Origin: an uncultured Acidobacteriota bacterium
GTDB taxonomy: Bacteria > Acidobacteriota > Thermoanaerobaculia > Multivoradales > JAHEKO01
Direction: 5' to 3'
Length of the DNA: 64,000 nucleotides
Assembly (NCBI GenBank): GCA_963713825.1
Contig: CAVQNG010000001.1
Location: 288,001 to 352,000, forward strand
Shown piece after piece: positions 31,360-40,811 of the stretch; position 1 is the first letter of the stretch; the number at the start of each line of letters is the position of its first letter. The notes under the pieces were generated by a model, which did not search any database, had not been told where the DNA came from, and saw only the letters and a list, made by a program, of their open reading frames with translations. The position numbers and the translations under genes are program-made.

Positions 31360-32151
31360 ATGAGTAAGACGATTCTCTTGGCCGACGACAGCCTGACGAT
31401 CCAAAAGGTGGTCGAGCTGACTTTCATGGAGGGAGACTACAGCGTCTCCTCTGTCAGCAACGGTGACGATGCCTTGAGTCGCCTCGACGATTTGGCGGTA
31501 GACCTCGTAATCGCTGATATCCATATGCCCGGGGCCTCGGGGTATGAGATCTGCAAGGCCGTGAAGGATCGCAATCCAGACACTCCTGTGCTGCTATTGG
31601 TAGGCACTTTCGAGCCGTTCGAAGCTGCCGAGATGGAGGAGTGCGGTGCCAATGGGCATCTCAAGAAGCCCTTCGATTCGCAAGAGCTCGTTCGTCTCGT
31701 GGAGGAGATGTTGGGTGACGGCGATGGCGGGGAGCGAGCATTCGAGCTCCATACAGTCGAGGAAGGTGCTGACGGCGGAAGCGGGGAAGAGGATCAGGCG
31801 GCAATCGACGCGTCGGGTTTCGGGGCAGTGGTCACCGAGTTTCCGACGGGCGAAGCGGATTCTGTTGAGTCCTTCGAGGTCGAGATCGGTGAGGCTGGAG
31901 AGGACAGTGCAGAAGAGGTGGCAGTGGAGGAGTTCGAGGAGACCGTGGAGCCAGAAACGGAGGTCCAGGTGGAGATCGAGGATCAACAGGCTATAGCACT
32001 TTCGGACGACGACGTGGATCGAATCGCCCGCCGGCTGGTCGAGCTGTTGGGTGACGAGGTCGTCCGCGAGATCGCCTGGGATGTGATCCCGGATCTCGCC
32101 GAAATCGTCATCAAGGATCGTCTCCGGGAGCTCGAGAGTCAGGTTGACTGA
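31360..32151 (+). CDS. RomR-like response regulator (receiver, acidic linker, conserved C-terminal helical motif)
   Basis: ILLADDSLTIQKVV receiver; E/D-rich linker; C-terminal VREIAWDVIPDLAEIVIKDRLREL; upstream of valS. Confidence 0.8.
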   Translation: MSKTILLADDSLTIQKVVELTFMEGDYSVSSVSNGDDALSRLDDLAVDLVIADIHMPGASGYEICKAVKDRNPDTPVLLLVGTFEPFEAAEMEECGANGHLKKPFDSQELVRLVEEMLGDGDGGERAFELHTVEEGADGGSGEEDQAAIDASGFGAVVTEFPTGEADSVESFEVEIGEAGEDSAEEVAVEEFEETVEPETEVQVEIEDQQAIALSDDDVDRIARRLVELLGDEVVREIAWDVIPDLAEIVIKDRLRELESQVD

Positions 32152-32332
32152 GCGGCGCAAGAGTCCAGCCATGCCTCGTTACGGCAGCGGCTGAATACAA
32201 TCCCATCGAGCACGTACAGATTCCGCGGTTCCAACGGACCGAAGGTGGCTTGACCCATTTTGAGGTCTGTGCCGAGCTCGAGGGGAGTCGGCAGGCAAGG
32301 TGATTCGCCTGCCCATCGGAAGGACTGATTTG

Positions 32333-34972
32333 ATGGAAAAACGATTCGATCCAGCGGGCTATGAGGCGAAATGGCAGAAACTCTGGTCCGATGAGGGGTA
32401 CTTCGTCGCCGAAGCGCCCTCTTTGAAACCCAGCTTCTGCATCATGATTCCTCCGCCCAACGTGACGGGCAACCTACATGCCGGACATGCCCTGCAGACC
32501 ACCATCCAGGATCTCCTGACCCGGTGGAAGCGAATGAGCGGCTACAACACCCTCTGGCTTCCCGGCACCGACCATGCGGGCATCGCCACACAACTCATGG
32601 TGGAACGACAGCTGATCGCCGAAGGTACCGATCGCCAGAGCCTGGGGCGTCAGGCCTTTGTCGAGCGGGCCTGGGATTGGACGCGCCAGCACAGCGGCCA
32701 CATTCGTTCCCAGCTCGACCAGTTGGGGGCCAGCTGCGACTGGAGCCGCGAGCGCTTCACCCTCGATGATCGCCTTTCGACGGCGGTACGCGCGGCATTC
32801 GTGAGGCTTTACCGGGACGGACTCATTTCCCGCGACGAGTACATGGTCAACTGGTCGCCGGCCCTCGAAACCGCCATCTCCGATCTCGAAGTCGAGATGA
32901 GGGCCGTGAATGGCGCGCTGTACCACATCGCCTATCCGGTGAAAGGGTCTGACGAGCGGATTGTGGTCGCGACGACCCGGCCGGAAACGATGCTGGGTGA
33001 CACTGCGATCGCCATGCATCCAGAGGACTCCCGTTACTCGCACTTGCTGGACGGCAGGGCAATGTTGCCTCTGATCGGTCGTGAGCTGCCCTTCGTTACC
33101 GACGATGTCGTAGATCTCGAGTTTGGAACCGGGCTGGTCAAGGTGACACCGGCCCACGATCTGACCGACTTCGAGATGGGGCGACGACACGGCCTGCAGA
33201 GTATTCAAGTCATCGACCGGCAAGGCCGAATGACAGCAGAGGCTGGCGACGAGTTCGAAGGTCTCGACCGCTTCGAAGCCCGGGAGAAAGTCGTGCAGAT
33301 GCTCGAGGACCAGGGGTATCTCACCAAGGTCGAGGACTATGCCCACAATGTCGGGCACTGCCAGAGGAGCGGCGTTCCCATCGAACCGATGGTCTCTACG
33401 CAGTGGTTCATGGATGTCGAAGGGATGGCAGGTCAGGCATTGGCCGCCGTCTCGTCAGGGAACCTGCAACTGGTGCCGGACAGCTGGAACAAGACCTGGA
33501 ACCACTGGCTGGAGAACATCCGGCCCTGGTGTATTTCGCGTCAGCTCTGGTGGGGCCACCAGATTCCGGCGTGGTACACGGACGATGGGAAGGTCTTTGT
33601 TGCTGAAAGCCGGGAGGAAGCCGTCGCGTTGGCGGGAACCGACCAGCTTTCTCAGGATCCAGACGTGCTCGACACCTGGTTTTCCTCGGCCCTGTGGCCT
33701 TTCTCGACGCTGGGATGGCCCGAGAAGACGGACGATTTCGAGACGTTCTATCCAACCGATGTCCTCGTAACGGGGTTCGACATCATCTTCTTCTGGGTGG
33801 CTCGGATGGTGATGACCGGGCTGCACTTCACGGCTGAAACGCCCTTTCATGCGGTTCACCTCACGGGCCTGATTCGGGACGCTGAAGGTCAGAAGATGTC
33901 GAAGACTCGGGGCAACACAGTAGATCCACTCGACCTTGTGGAAGAGTATGGAGCCGACGCGGTGCGCTTCACGCTGGCCATCCTCGACAGTCCTGGCCGC
34001 GACATCCCTTTGGACCCCGACAGGATGGCCGGATATCGTTCGTTTGGAAACAAGATCTGGAATGCGGTGCGGTTCTCACTGGCACGGGTCGGGGATGCGA
34101 GGATTCAGGAGAGTCTGGATCCCTCGGATCTGGCAGCCCCTGAACGATGGATTCTGTCTCGATTGTCGAAGACCGCGGCCGAGGTGAACGAGAAGTTCTC
34201 TGACTATCGTTTCGACGAGGCCTGCCAGCGCCTGTACCACTTCTTCTGGGGCGAGCTGTGCGACTGGTACATCGAGCTCTCCAAGCCCGCCCTTTCGGGC
34301 GAATCGCCGCGACCTGAGGTCGGGGAGGTCCTGCTCACGGTCCTGGATCGCAGCCTTCGACTACTGCACCCTGTCATGCCGTACCTGACGGAGGAGCTGT
34401 GGCAACGCCTCCCCGGGCGCGAGGGGATCCACGCGTCCACTATCTGCCTGGCGCCCTATCCCGAAGGTGAGAGTACGTGGGACGATCCCGCCACCGAGGA
34501 GAAGATGGAGGTCTTCTTCCGCATCGTCGCCTGGGCGAGGAACCTGCGAGCCGAGCTTGGGGTGCCACCCAGAGACAAAGCAATCCTCTACCTTCAGAGC
34601 GAGAATCCAGAGGTCGAGTCCTTCTTGGGCAATCTGGAGGCCATGGCACTACCACTCCTCCAGCTTGAAGCTCTGAGACTGGAGTCGATGCCGGAAGAGG
34701 CACACAGTGATGTCATCGCGGGTGTGGCCGTGGGCTTGGTCATTCCGGAGCGCGAGCTGAGCGCCGAGGATCGGCAGCGACTTGTCGTGGAAAGGGAGAA
34801 GCTCCTGGCGCAGCGTGAGCGAACTGAAGGGTTACTGGCGAACGAGGCGTTTCTCGCCAAGGCGCCCGACCAGGTCGTGGACCAGAATCGTCGACGCCTC
34901 GAAGAGATCCGTGAGCGGTTGGAGCGACTCGAAGCGGGGCTGGCTGGTGAGGAGGGGCCGGGGCCTTCCTGA
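32333..34972 (+). CDS. valS: Valine--tRNA ligase
   Basis: PPPNVTGNLHAGHA, WCISRQLWWGH, DVLDTWFSS, KMSKT, C-terminal coiled coil. Confidence 0.98.
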   Translation: MEKRFDPAGYEAKWQKLWSDEGYFVAEAPSLKPSFCIMIPPPNVTGNLHAGHALQTTIQDLLTRWKRMSGYNTLWLPGTDHAGIATQLMVERQLIAEGTDRQSLGRQAFVERAWDWTRQHSGHIRSQLDQLGASCDWSRERFTLDDRLSTAVRAAFVRLYRDGLISRDEYMVNWSPALETAISDLEVEMRAVNGALYHIAYPVKGSDERIVVATTRPETMLGDTAIAMHPEDSRYSHLLDGRAMLPLIGRELPFVTDDVVDLEFGTGLVKVTPAHDLTDFEMGRRHGLQSIQVIDRQGRMTAEAGDEFEGLDRFEAREKVVQMLEDQGYLTKVEDYAHNVGHCQRSGVPIEPMVSTQWFMDVEGMAGQALAAVSSGNLQLVPDSWNKTWNHWLENIRPWCISRQLWWGHQIPAWYTDDGKVFVAESREEAVALAGTDQLSQDPDVLDTWFSSALWPFSTLGWPEKTDDFETFYPTDVLVTGFDIIFFWVARMVMTGLHFTAETPFHAVHLTGLIRDAEGQKMSKTRGNTVDPLDLVEEYGADAVRFTLAILDSPGRDIPLDPDRMAGYRSFGNKIWNAVRFSLARVGDARIQESLDPSDLAAPERWILSRLSKTAAEVNEKFSDYRFDEACQRLYHFFWGELCDWYIELSKPALSGESPRPEVGEVLLTVLDRSLRLLHPVMPYLTEELWQRLPGREGIHASTICLAPYPEGESTWDDPATEEKMEVFFRIVAWARNLRAELGVPPRDKAILYLQSENPEVESFLGNLEAMALPLLQLEALRLESMPEEAHSDVIAGVAVGLVIPERELSAEDRQRLVVEREKLLAQRERTEGLLANEAFLAKAPDQVVDQNRRRLEEIRERLERLEAGLAGEEGPGPS

Positions 34973-35039
34973 GTTGTGGGCCGACCGAACACAGTCTGCC
35001 GAAGTCAGTAGGCGTCTTGGGGAGAGTGCAAAGCGAGGC

Positions 35040-35843
35040 ATGAATTTGGGTCGGCTCAACGATGTTCTGAAACGCCGGACAGGGGAATTCGCTCCCAATC
35101 GGGTGCTCCTGGAGAGCGTCGATTCGACCAACAACCTGGCACTACGCCTCGTGAGGTCGTTCTTGGATCGGGAGTCTTTGCCGCCGAGAATTCTCGTTGT
35201 AGCCCTGCAGCAAAGCTCGGGCCGAGGTCGTCAGGGCAGACGCTGGGTGAGTCCAGGTGGGCAGGGGGTGTATCTGTCTCTCGTCGTCGCTTCGCGGGGG
35301 CCCGACGACCTGGCTAGTTTGCCTCTTCTCGTCGGCGTCGGTCTTGGTCAGACGATCTCCGAGATCTGTAGCTGTTCCTGCCAGCTGAAATGGCCCAATG
35401 ATTTGCTGGTCGACGGTAGAAAGGTTGGTGGCATCTTGATCGACTGCATCAGCCGAGGCGTCGTGGGCACGGCAGCGGTGATAGGCATCGGCGTAAACTA
35501 TCGTCAGAGCCATCGCGTCGCCGAGGCCGGCGGAGTTGCGATGGACGAGATCGCTCTCGAGCTGCCGTCCTTTCCCGCGGTCTTGTCGGAGCTCGTGGTG
35601 GGTGTCGAGCAGCAGATGACTCATCTAGGTGACATGGGCTACGCGTCGCGCCGGTTTCGAGAAATGAGCCTCCACCGGCCGGGCGACACGGTGCAGTATC
35701 GGACGGATGAGGGCCTCCAGCGAGCAAGATTCTCGGGTCTCGATGAGAGGGGATTTCTCGTGCTGCAGAATGACCAGGGGATGATTCGCCTTGGTGCGGG
35801 CGAGGCTATCGAGGAGTGGAAAGAGGATGACCATGAGTCATGA
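35040..35843 (+). CDS. birA: Biotin--protein ligase (group I, no HTH)
   Basis: VDSTN, GRGRQGRRW, LKWPND, KVGGIL. Confidence 0.92.
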   Translation: MNLGRLNDVLKRRTGEFAPNRVLLESVDSTNNLALRLVRSFLDRESLPPRILVVALQQSSGRGRQGRRWVSPGGQGVYLSLVVASRGPDDLASLPLLVGVGLGQTISEICSCSCQLKWPNDLLVDGRKVGGILIDCISRGVVGTAAVIGIGVNYRQSHRVAEAGGVAMDEIALELPSFPAVLSELVVGVEQQMTHLGDMGYASRRFREMSLHRPGDTVQYRTDEGLQRARFSGLDERGFLVLQNDQGMIRLGAGEAIEEWKEDDHES

Positions 35844-36612
35844 AGACCTTCTGATTGTCGTCGATGTAGGGAACACGAATACCGTTTGCGGCGTGTTCCG
35901 AGAGGACGAGATCCTGCGGGATTTCCGGTTCTCTACCGACATCGACCGGACGGCGGACGAATACGCTTCCCTTCTCCTGCCCCTGCTGAGCGCTGCAAAA
36001 CTGGATCCAGGGGAAGCCTCCGGCGTGATCATCTGCTCGGTCGTTCCGCCTCTGAATCTGACCTTCGAGTTGCTGTCCAAGCGCTACTTCCACCAGGAAC
36101 CCCTGTTCGTCGAGCCCGGAATCAAGACGGGGCTGTCGATTCGGTATGAGAACCCGACGGAAGTCGGGGCGGATCGGATCGTCAACGGCCTTGCAGCCCG
36201 GGAGCTCTACGGGGCGCCGGTTGTCGTGGCGGACTTCGGAACGGCGACGACGTTCGATGTCGTCAATGCCGAGGGCGAATACGCTGGTGGCGTCATCGCG
36301 CCTGGACTGGGCATCTCCGCCGAGGCTCTCTTCTCACATGCGTCTCGCCTCTATCAGATCGATCTGCGGCGGCCCAAGCATCTTGTCGGGCGTAATACAG
36401 CGGGAGCGATGCAGTCGGGCCTCTACTACGGTTATGTCGGGCTGGTGGACGGTATTCTGGCTCGCTTGATCGGCGAGTTGGGGACAGAGACGACCGTCGT
36501 CGGCACAGGCGGCGAGGCCGACCTCATCGCCAGTGGCTCGGAGTACATTCGCGAGGTGAATCCGCAACTGACGCTGCTCGGCTTGAAGATGATCTATGAC
36601 CGAAACCGGTAA
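35833..36612 (+). CDS. coaX: Type III pantothenate kinase
   Basis: DVGNTN, SVVP, VGADRI, DFGTATT, GGVIAPG; birA-coaX synteny. Confidence 0.95.
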   Translation: MSHEDLLIVVDVGNTNTVCGVFREDEILRDFRFSTDIDRTADEYASLLLPLLSAAKLDPGEASGVIICSVVPPLNLTFELLSKRYFHQEPLFVEPGIKTGLSIRYENPTEVGADRIVNGLAARELYGAPVVVADFGTATTFDVVNAEGEYAGGVIAPGLGISAEALFSHASRLYQIDLRRPKHLVGRNTAGAMQSGLYYGYVGLVDGILARLIGELGTETTVVGTGGEADLIASGSEYIREVNPQLTLLGLKMIYDRNR

Positions 36613-37276
36613 ACGTGCCGGGGACATGCAGACCTATTTCGAGGCGATCGAAGGTACCTTCATTCGTCTGCGAGGAGCCCCGCTGCTGCTGTCGCCGACC
36701 GATTGGCAGGTCGCCAACGAGTGGTATGAAGCCGGAATCCCCTTGGAGACCGTGAATCGGACCCTGGAGGAGGTGTTCTCCCGACGCGAGGAGCGGGGAG
36801 GGAAGGGCCGCGTCCAGAGTCTGCGCTACTGCTCGGAGGCGGTCCTGAAGGCCTGGGAAGAGACCCGGGAGCTGGAAGCCGGCGGGGGACGGCAGCGCGC
36901 TATCGCTGTGGATGTGCAGGCGCGTCTTTCTTCTCTGGCTGACAGTCTGCCCGCCACCTTAGGAGCTCGGGAGGAGTGGGTGGGGATGATCAGCTCTTTG
37001 ACTGGAAGCTCCGACGAGGTCGAAAGGACTCTGACCAAGTTGGATTCAGAGCTTCTTCAGGCGGCCGAAGAGTCCCTGACAACAGAAGATCGAGAGCGGC
37101 TCTCAGGTCGTGTCGATGGGGTCCTCTCGAGTCTCCAGCATCGACTTCCCGAGGAGGAGATCGAGGCCGCCCGCGAACGAATCTGGCGCGGAGTCCTGCG
37201 TGAAGTGACGCGGTTGCCCCTGCTCTCCCTATTCTCGCCTGAGGCCCTGACGGCTGACCGCGACTCCAGTTCCTGA
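36596..37276 (+). CDS. Hypothetical protein with DnaD-like N-terminal helical motif
   Basis: 226-aa ORF overlapping coaX stop; LLLSPTDWQVANEWYEAGIPLETV motif. Confidence 0.7.
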   Translation: MTETGKRAGDMQTYFEAIEGTFIRLRGAPLLLSPTDWQVANEWYEAGIPLETVNRTLEEVFSRREERGGKGRVQSLRYCSEAVLKAWEETRELEAGGGRQRAIAVDVQARLSSLADSLPATLGAREEWVGMISSLTGSSDEVERTLTKLDSELLQAAEESLTTEDRERLSGRVDGVLSSLQHRLPEEEIEAARERIWRGVLREVTRLPLLSLFSPEALTADRDSSS

Positions 37277-37341
37277 CCCGCCAGAACTCGTCACCTCCAA
37301 ATTCTTGCAAGATCGATCCGGCTGACTCCGTCAGGAGTCGT

Positions 37342-39594
37342 GTGGGGCCTTCATCATGGCCGGCGCTGCCGGTGTCTGCGGCCTGTCTTGCGGGAGTGCT
37401 GCTCGCCGGGTCTGGCGCGGCTCGAACGATTCCAGGGGCCGTGGTTCTGCTTGGCCTTGGACTCTGCCTGGACGGGAGGCTCAGATCGTTGACTTCCGGG
37501 GTGGCTCTCGGGCTCATCGGTGGATGGTCGGACGTACCAGAGAGAGGACCAGGGCCCGAAGTTCCAGTCGTTCTGATCGCTCATCTCGAGGGGCACTGGA
37601 GCACATCGCCGGAAGGCGCCGCGGCTGTGGTCCGTGGGGAATGGCTGCGGGTTGGGGAGCAGGTCTGGGCCTGGGATGGTAGAGCCGTGATTTCCCTGCC
37701 TCTCGGGATGGTTCAGCCGGCGTCGCGCCGACTTAGGGCTCGAGGCTATCTGAGGAAACCGGTGCCGCTGGCCAACGGAGTGCGAATGGCGCCCTCTGGT
37801 TGGCACTTGTACATCAAGTCACCGCACTTCATCGAGGCGCTTGCGGAGAAAGGGCCGCTGGCCTGGTTTCATCGCCTTTCAGTGGTCCTGAGAGGCAGAA
37901 TTCAGAGCGCCCTGGAGCATGACGAAGTCGAGGGTTCTCCAGGGGCTACCCTGATTCGGGCACTTGTTCTCGGGGACAGCTGGTCTGTTCCAGGCTCTTG
38001 GAAGCGGTCTCTCCAAGCCTGTGGTTTGTCTCATCTGCTGGCTCTTTCCGGGCTGCATGTAGGCCTACTTGCCGGCATGGTTCTGCTCCTGACCTTTCGG
38101 CTGGGGATTGGCGCTCGCGCGATGATGCTCATGACCTTGGCCTTGGGCTACCTGATGTTTGTCGGACCACGTCCTTCCTTGATCAGGGCTTGCTCGATGC
38201 TGGTTGCCGCTTGGGTAGCGCCATGGTGGCGGCGATGCCCGGTTCCTGGCAACGCCCTGGTGGCCGTTGCTGGGGCGATGGTGACGACCGAGCCTCGATT
38301 GGTCGGTGATATCGGTTTTCGCCTGACAGTTTCGGCCACGGCGGGGATCATCGTCCTGTCTCCGATCCTCGAGCGCCGATGGACCCGTTTGCCGGCCTGG
38401 CTAGGCCAATCCTTGAGCATCACCGTTGGAGCGCAATTGGCGACGCTCACCTGGGCCCTGCCGATATTCCACCTCCTCACTCCAATGGCACCAATCTGGA
38501 ATCTGGTCGCTGTCCCCTGGACCGGTGTAGCGCTGGCGATTGGGGCTCTTTGGGGCCTGGTCGCCCTTGCATCACCCGATTTGGCGGCTGCAATGGGATT
38601 CCTCGTCGACCTCGCAGCGGCGCCCTTCAGAGCGGTGGCGACCCTTCCTCCGACCGTGACTCGGCCGCACGTGGTCGATTTGGGCTACCTGCAATCGCTG
38701 AGTCTGGCTGTGGTGGCGCTCGGAGCACTGTCCGGTCGGAAGGTGATTCGATTCGTATGTGTCGGCATCGCCACGGTGTCCTTGGTGAATGGATTGATAC
38801 CGGTGCCAGGGCGGACTGAGCTGACTCTGCTGGATGTCGGTCAGGGCGAATCGATTCTCGTTCGAGACGGGCGCTCTGCTGTGCTCCTCGACGGTGGGGG
38901 TTGGAGGCGCGGCGATATCGGCAGTCGGGTGCTGCTGCCGGTACTGGCGAGCCAGGGTGTGAAGCGGCTGGATGCGTTGATTCTGAGTCATCCCGATCTG
39001 GATCATTGCGGTGGTCTTGTTCAGATTGCCTCGTTCCTTCCTGTGGGGGAGGTGTGGAGTTCTTCGGGCTGGAGTGCGGGGGGGTGTGTGAGTGATCTGT
39101 ATGGTCTACCCAAGGTGAAGATTCGCACCGCTTGGGCCGGCGATCAAATGCAGGTTGGAGCATGGAATCTCCAGGTGCTCAATCCACCGCCTGGTTCGCG
39201 TCGGGGCATCAACGATCGGTCCCTGGTGCTCATGGCGACACTAGGCGATCACACCTTTCTCTTGACTGGCGATATCGAAACGGTCGCTGAGCGCCGACTC
39301 GTGAGGGCCTACCCCGAGGCTCTTCAGGGCGTAGATATCCTGAAGGTGGCGCACCATGGCAGTCGTACATCCTCGAGTGCGGAGTTTCTGGATCATCTGC
39401 AGCCCTCGTTGGCCCTGGTTTCCGCCGGTGTTGGAAATCGCTATGGGCACCCAGCTCCGCAAGTGATGGAGCGACTGAGGGCGCGAGGAGCCTTGGCCCT
39501 GCGGACGGATGAGCAGGGCATTGTCCGTCTGGAGATTGATCGATCCGGAGCCTTGAGGATCCACCTTCCTGGGATACCGCGCCCCTTGGAGTAG
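37342..39594 (+). CDS. comEC: DNA internalization competence protein ComEC/Rec2
   Basis: GLSHLLALSGLHVG, multiple TM helices, DVGQGE, SHPDLDHCGG, KVAHHGS, NRYGHP. Confidence 0.93.
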   Translation: MGPSSWPALPVSAACLAGVLLAGSGAARTIPGAVVLLGLGLCLDGRLRSLTSGVALGLIGGWSDVPERGPGPEVPVVLIAHLEGHWSTSPEGAAAVVRGEWLRVGEQVWAWDGRAVISLPLGMVQPASRRLRARGYLRKPVPLANGVRMAPSGWHLYIKSPHFIEALAEKGPLAWFHRLSVVLRGRIQSALEHDEVEGSPGATLIRALVLGDSWSVPGSWKRSLQACGLSHLLALSGLHVGLLAGMVLLLTFRLGIGARAMMLMTLALGYLMFVGPRPSLIRACSMLVAAWVAPWWRRCPVPGNALVAVAGAMVTTEPRLVGDIGFRLTVSATAGIIVLSPILERRWTRLPAWLGQSLSITVGAQLATLTWALPIFHLLTPMAPIWNLVAVPWTGVALAIGALWGLVALASPDLAAAMGFLVDLAAAPFRAVATLPPTVTRPHVVDLGYLQSLSLAVVALGALSGRKVIRFVCVGIATVSLVNGLIPVPGRTELTLLDVGQGESILVRDGRSAVLLDGGGWRRGDIGSRVLLPVLASQGVKRLDALILSHPDLDHCGGLVQIASFLPVGEVWSSSGWSAGGCVSDLYGLPKVKIRTAWAGDQMQVGAWNLQVLNPPPGSRRGINDRSLVLMATLGDHTFLLTGDIETVAERRLVRAYPEALQGVDILKVAHHGSRTSSSAEFLDHLQPSLALVSAGVGNRYGHPAPQVMERLRARGALALRTDEQGIVRLEIDRSGALRIHLPGIPRPLE

Positions 39595-39664
39595 GCCCTG
39601 ACCACTCCGGATCCGAGAGGAGACTCCGGGGTGGCGCTTCCAATCACGGGGTAGACTTTCCCGC

Positions 39665-40687
39665 ATGTCACCCGTCCTGGTCATCGTCGGACCGACAGCG
39701 GTAGGCAAGACCGACATCGGTCTGCAGCTTGCCTCGAAACTGGATGGTGAGATCGTCAGTGCCGACTCATTGCAGGCCTATCGGGGATTCGACATCGGAA
39801 CCGCGAAGCCAACCCCTGAGGAGCAGAGGCTCGTCCGTCATCATCTGATCGACGTTCTGGATGCGAGCGAGGACTTCTCGGCCGGAGCCTTTGCACGGCG
39901 TGCGAGGGTGGCCATCTCGGAAGTGGAGCAGAGGCGGAAGCTACCGATCATCGTCGGCGGTAGCGGATTCTATCTGCGGGCCCTGCTGAGTGGCCTGAGC
40001 CAGATACCAGCGGTCAGGCCGGGCATACGCGAGGAGCTGAGGCAACGACTCGAGCAGCAGGGCTTGGAAGAGCTTTCTGCGGAGCTCCAAAAGGTGGACC
40101 CGGCGACAGCTGAGAGACTTCGACCGGGAGACACGCAGCGCGTTCTGAGAGCCCTGGAAGTGGCGATCTCGACAGGCCGTCCTTTGTCCGCCTGGCATTC
40201 TGATCCTCCAGCTGTCGAATCGACTCTGCAGGCAGTTCGCATCGGATTGACCCTGGAGAGGAGCCTCTTGTACGATCGCATCGCGCACCGGGTCCATCGC
40301 ATGATCGAAGCCGGATGGGTGGGAGAGGTGGAAGAGCTGTTGAGTCGGGGGGTAAGCCCTCATGATCCAGCGTTCCAGGCGATTGGCTATCGGGAGTTGG
40401 CCGCGCATCTCGCCGGTGAAGTTTCGCTGGAAGAGGCTATTGAGGGGACTATTCGAGCAACGCGCCGCTTCGCCAAACGGCAATTGACCTGGTTCCGCAA
40501 AGAAAGAGACATCCACTGGTTCGCGGCGGAGGATCTGGAAGCCGCTAGGCAGACGATTGGGAGCTTTCTCGCGCGGCTGGGATTGGGAGTAGGAGATGGC
40601 AAAGCCGACAATCAACATTCAGGACGGGTTTCTTTTTCAGGCCCTGAAAGCGAACACACCGGTAGCGGTACAACTGACGACCGGTGA
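39665..40687 (+). CDS. miaA: tRNA dimethylallyltransferase
   Basis: GPTAVGKT, DSLQAYRGFDIGTAKP, VGGSGFY, FAKRQLTWF; 3' end overlaps hfq by 92 nt. Confidence 0.96.
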   Translation: MSPVLVIVGPTAVGKTDIGLQLASKLDGEIVSADSLQAYRGFDIGTAKPTPEEQRLVRHHLIDVLDASEDFSAGAFARRARVAISEVEQRRKLPIIVGGSGFYLRALLSGLSQIPAVRPGIREELRQRLEQQGLEELSAELQKVDPATAERLRPGDTQRVLRALEVAISTGRPLSAWHSDPPAVESTLQAVRIGLTLERSLLYDRIAHRVHRMIEAGWVGEVEELLSRGVSPHDPAFQAIGYRELAAHLAGEVSLEEAIEGTIRATRRFAKRQLTWFRKERDIHWFAAEDLEAARQTIGSFLARLGLGVGDGKADNQHSGRVSFSGPESEHTGSGTTDDR

Positions 40688-40811
40688 TCGTCTCATGGGT
40701 CTGCTGAAGCGCTTCGATCGGTTCGCTCTGGTGGTAGAAACGGATGGGCAAGAGATTCTCGTCTACAAACATGGGGTCGTCACTGTTGAAACAGCCAGTG
40801 CTGAAGAGTAG
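40596..40811 (+). CDS. hfq: RNA chaperone Hfq (divergent)
   Basis: IQDGFL, FDRF, VYKH Sm motifs; miaA-hfq synteny; SD aggag. Confidence 0.9.
   Translation: MAKPTINIQDGFLFQALKANTPVAVQLTTGDRLMGLLKRFDRFALVVETDGQEILVYKHGVVTVETASAEE

Noticed and set aside
32152-32332. T-box riboswitch upstream of valS
   Set aside because: No GGGTGGnACC T-box sequence and no terminator; only an isolated hairpin.
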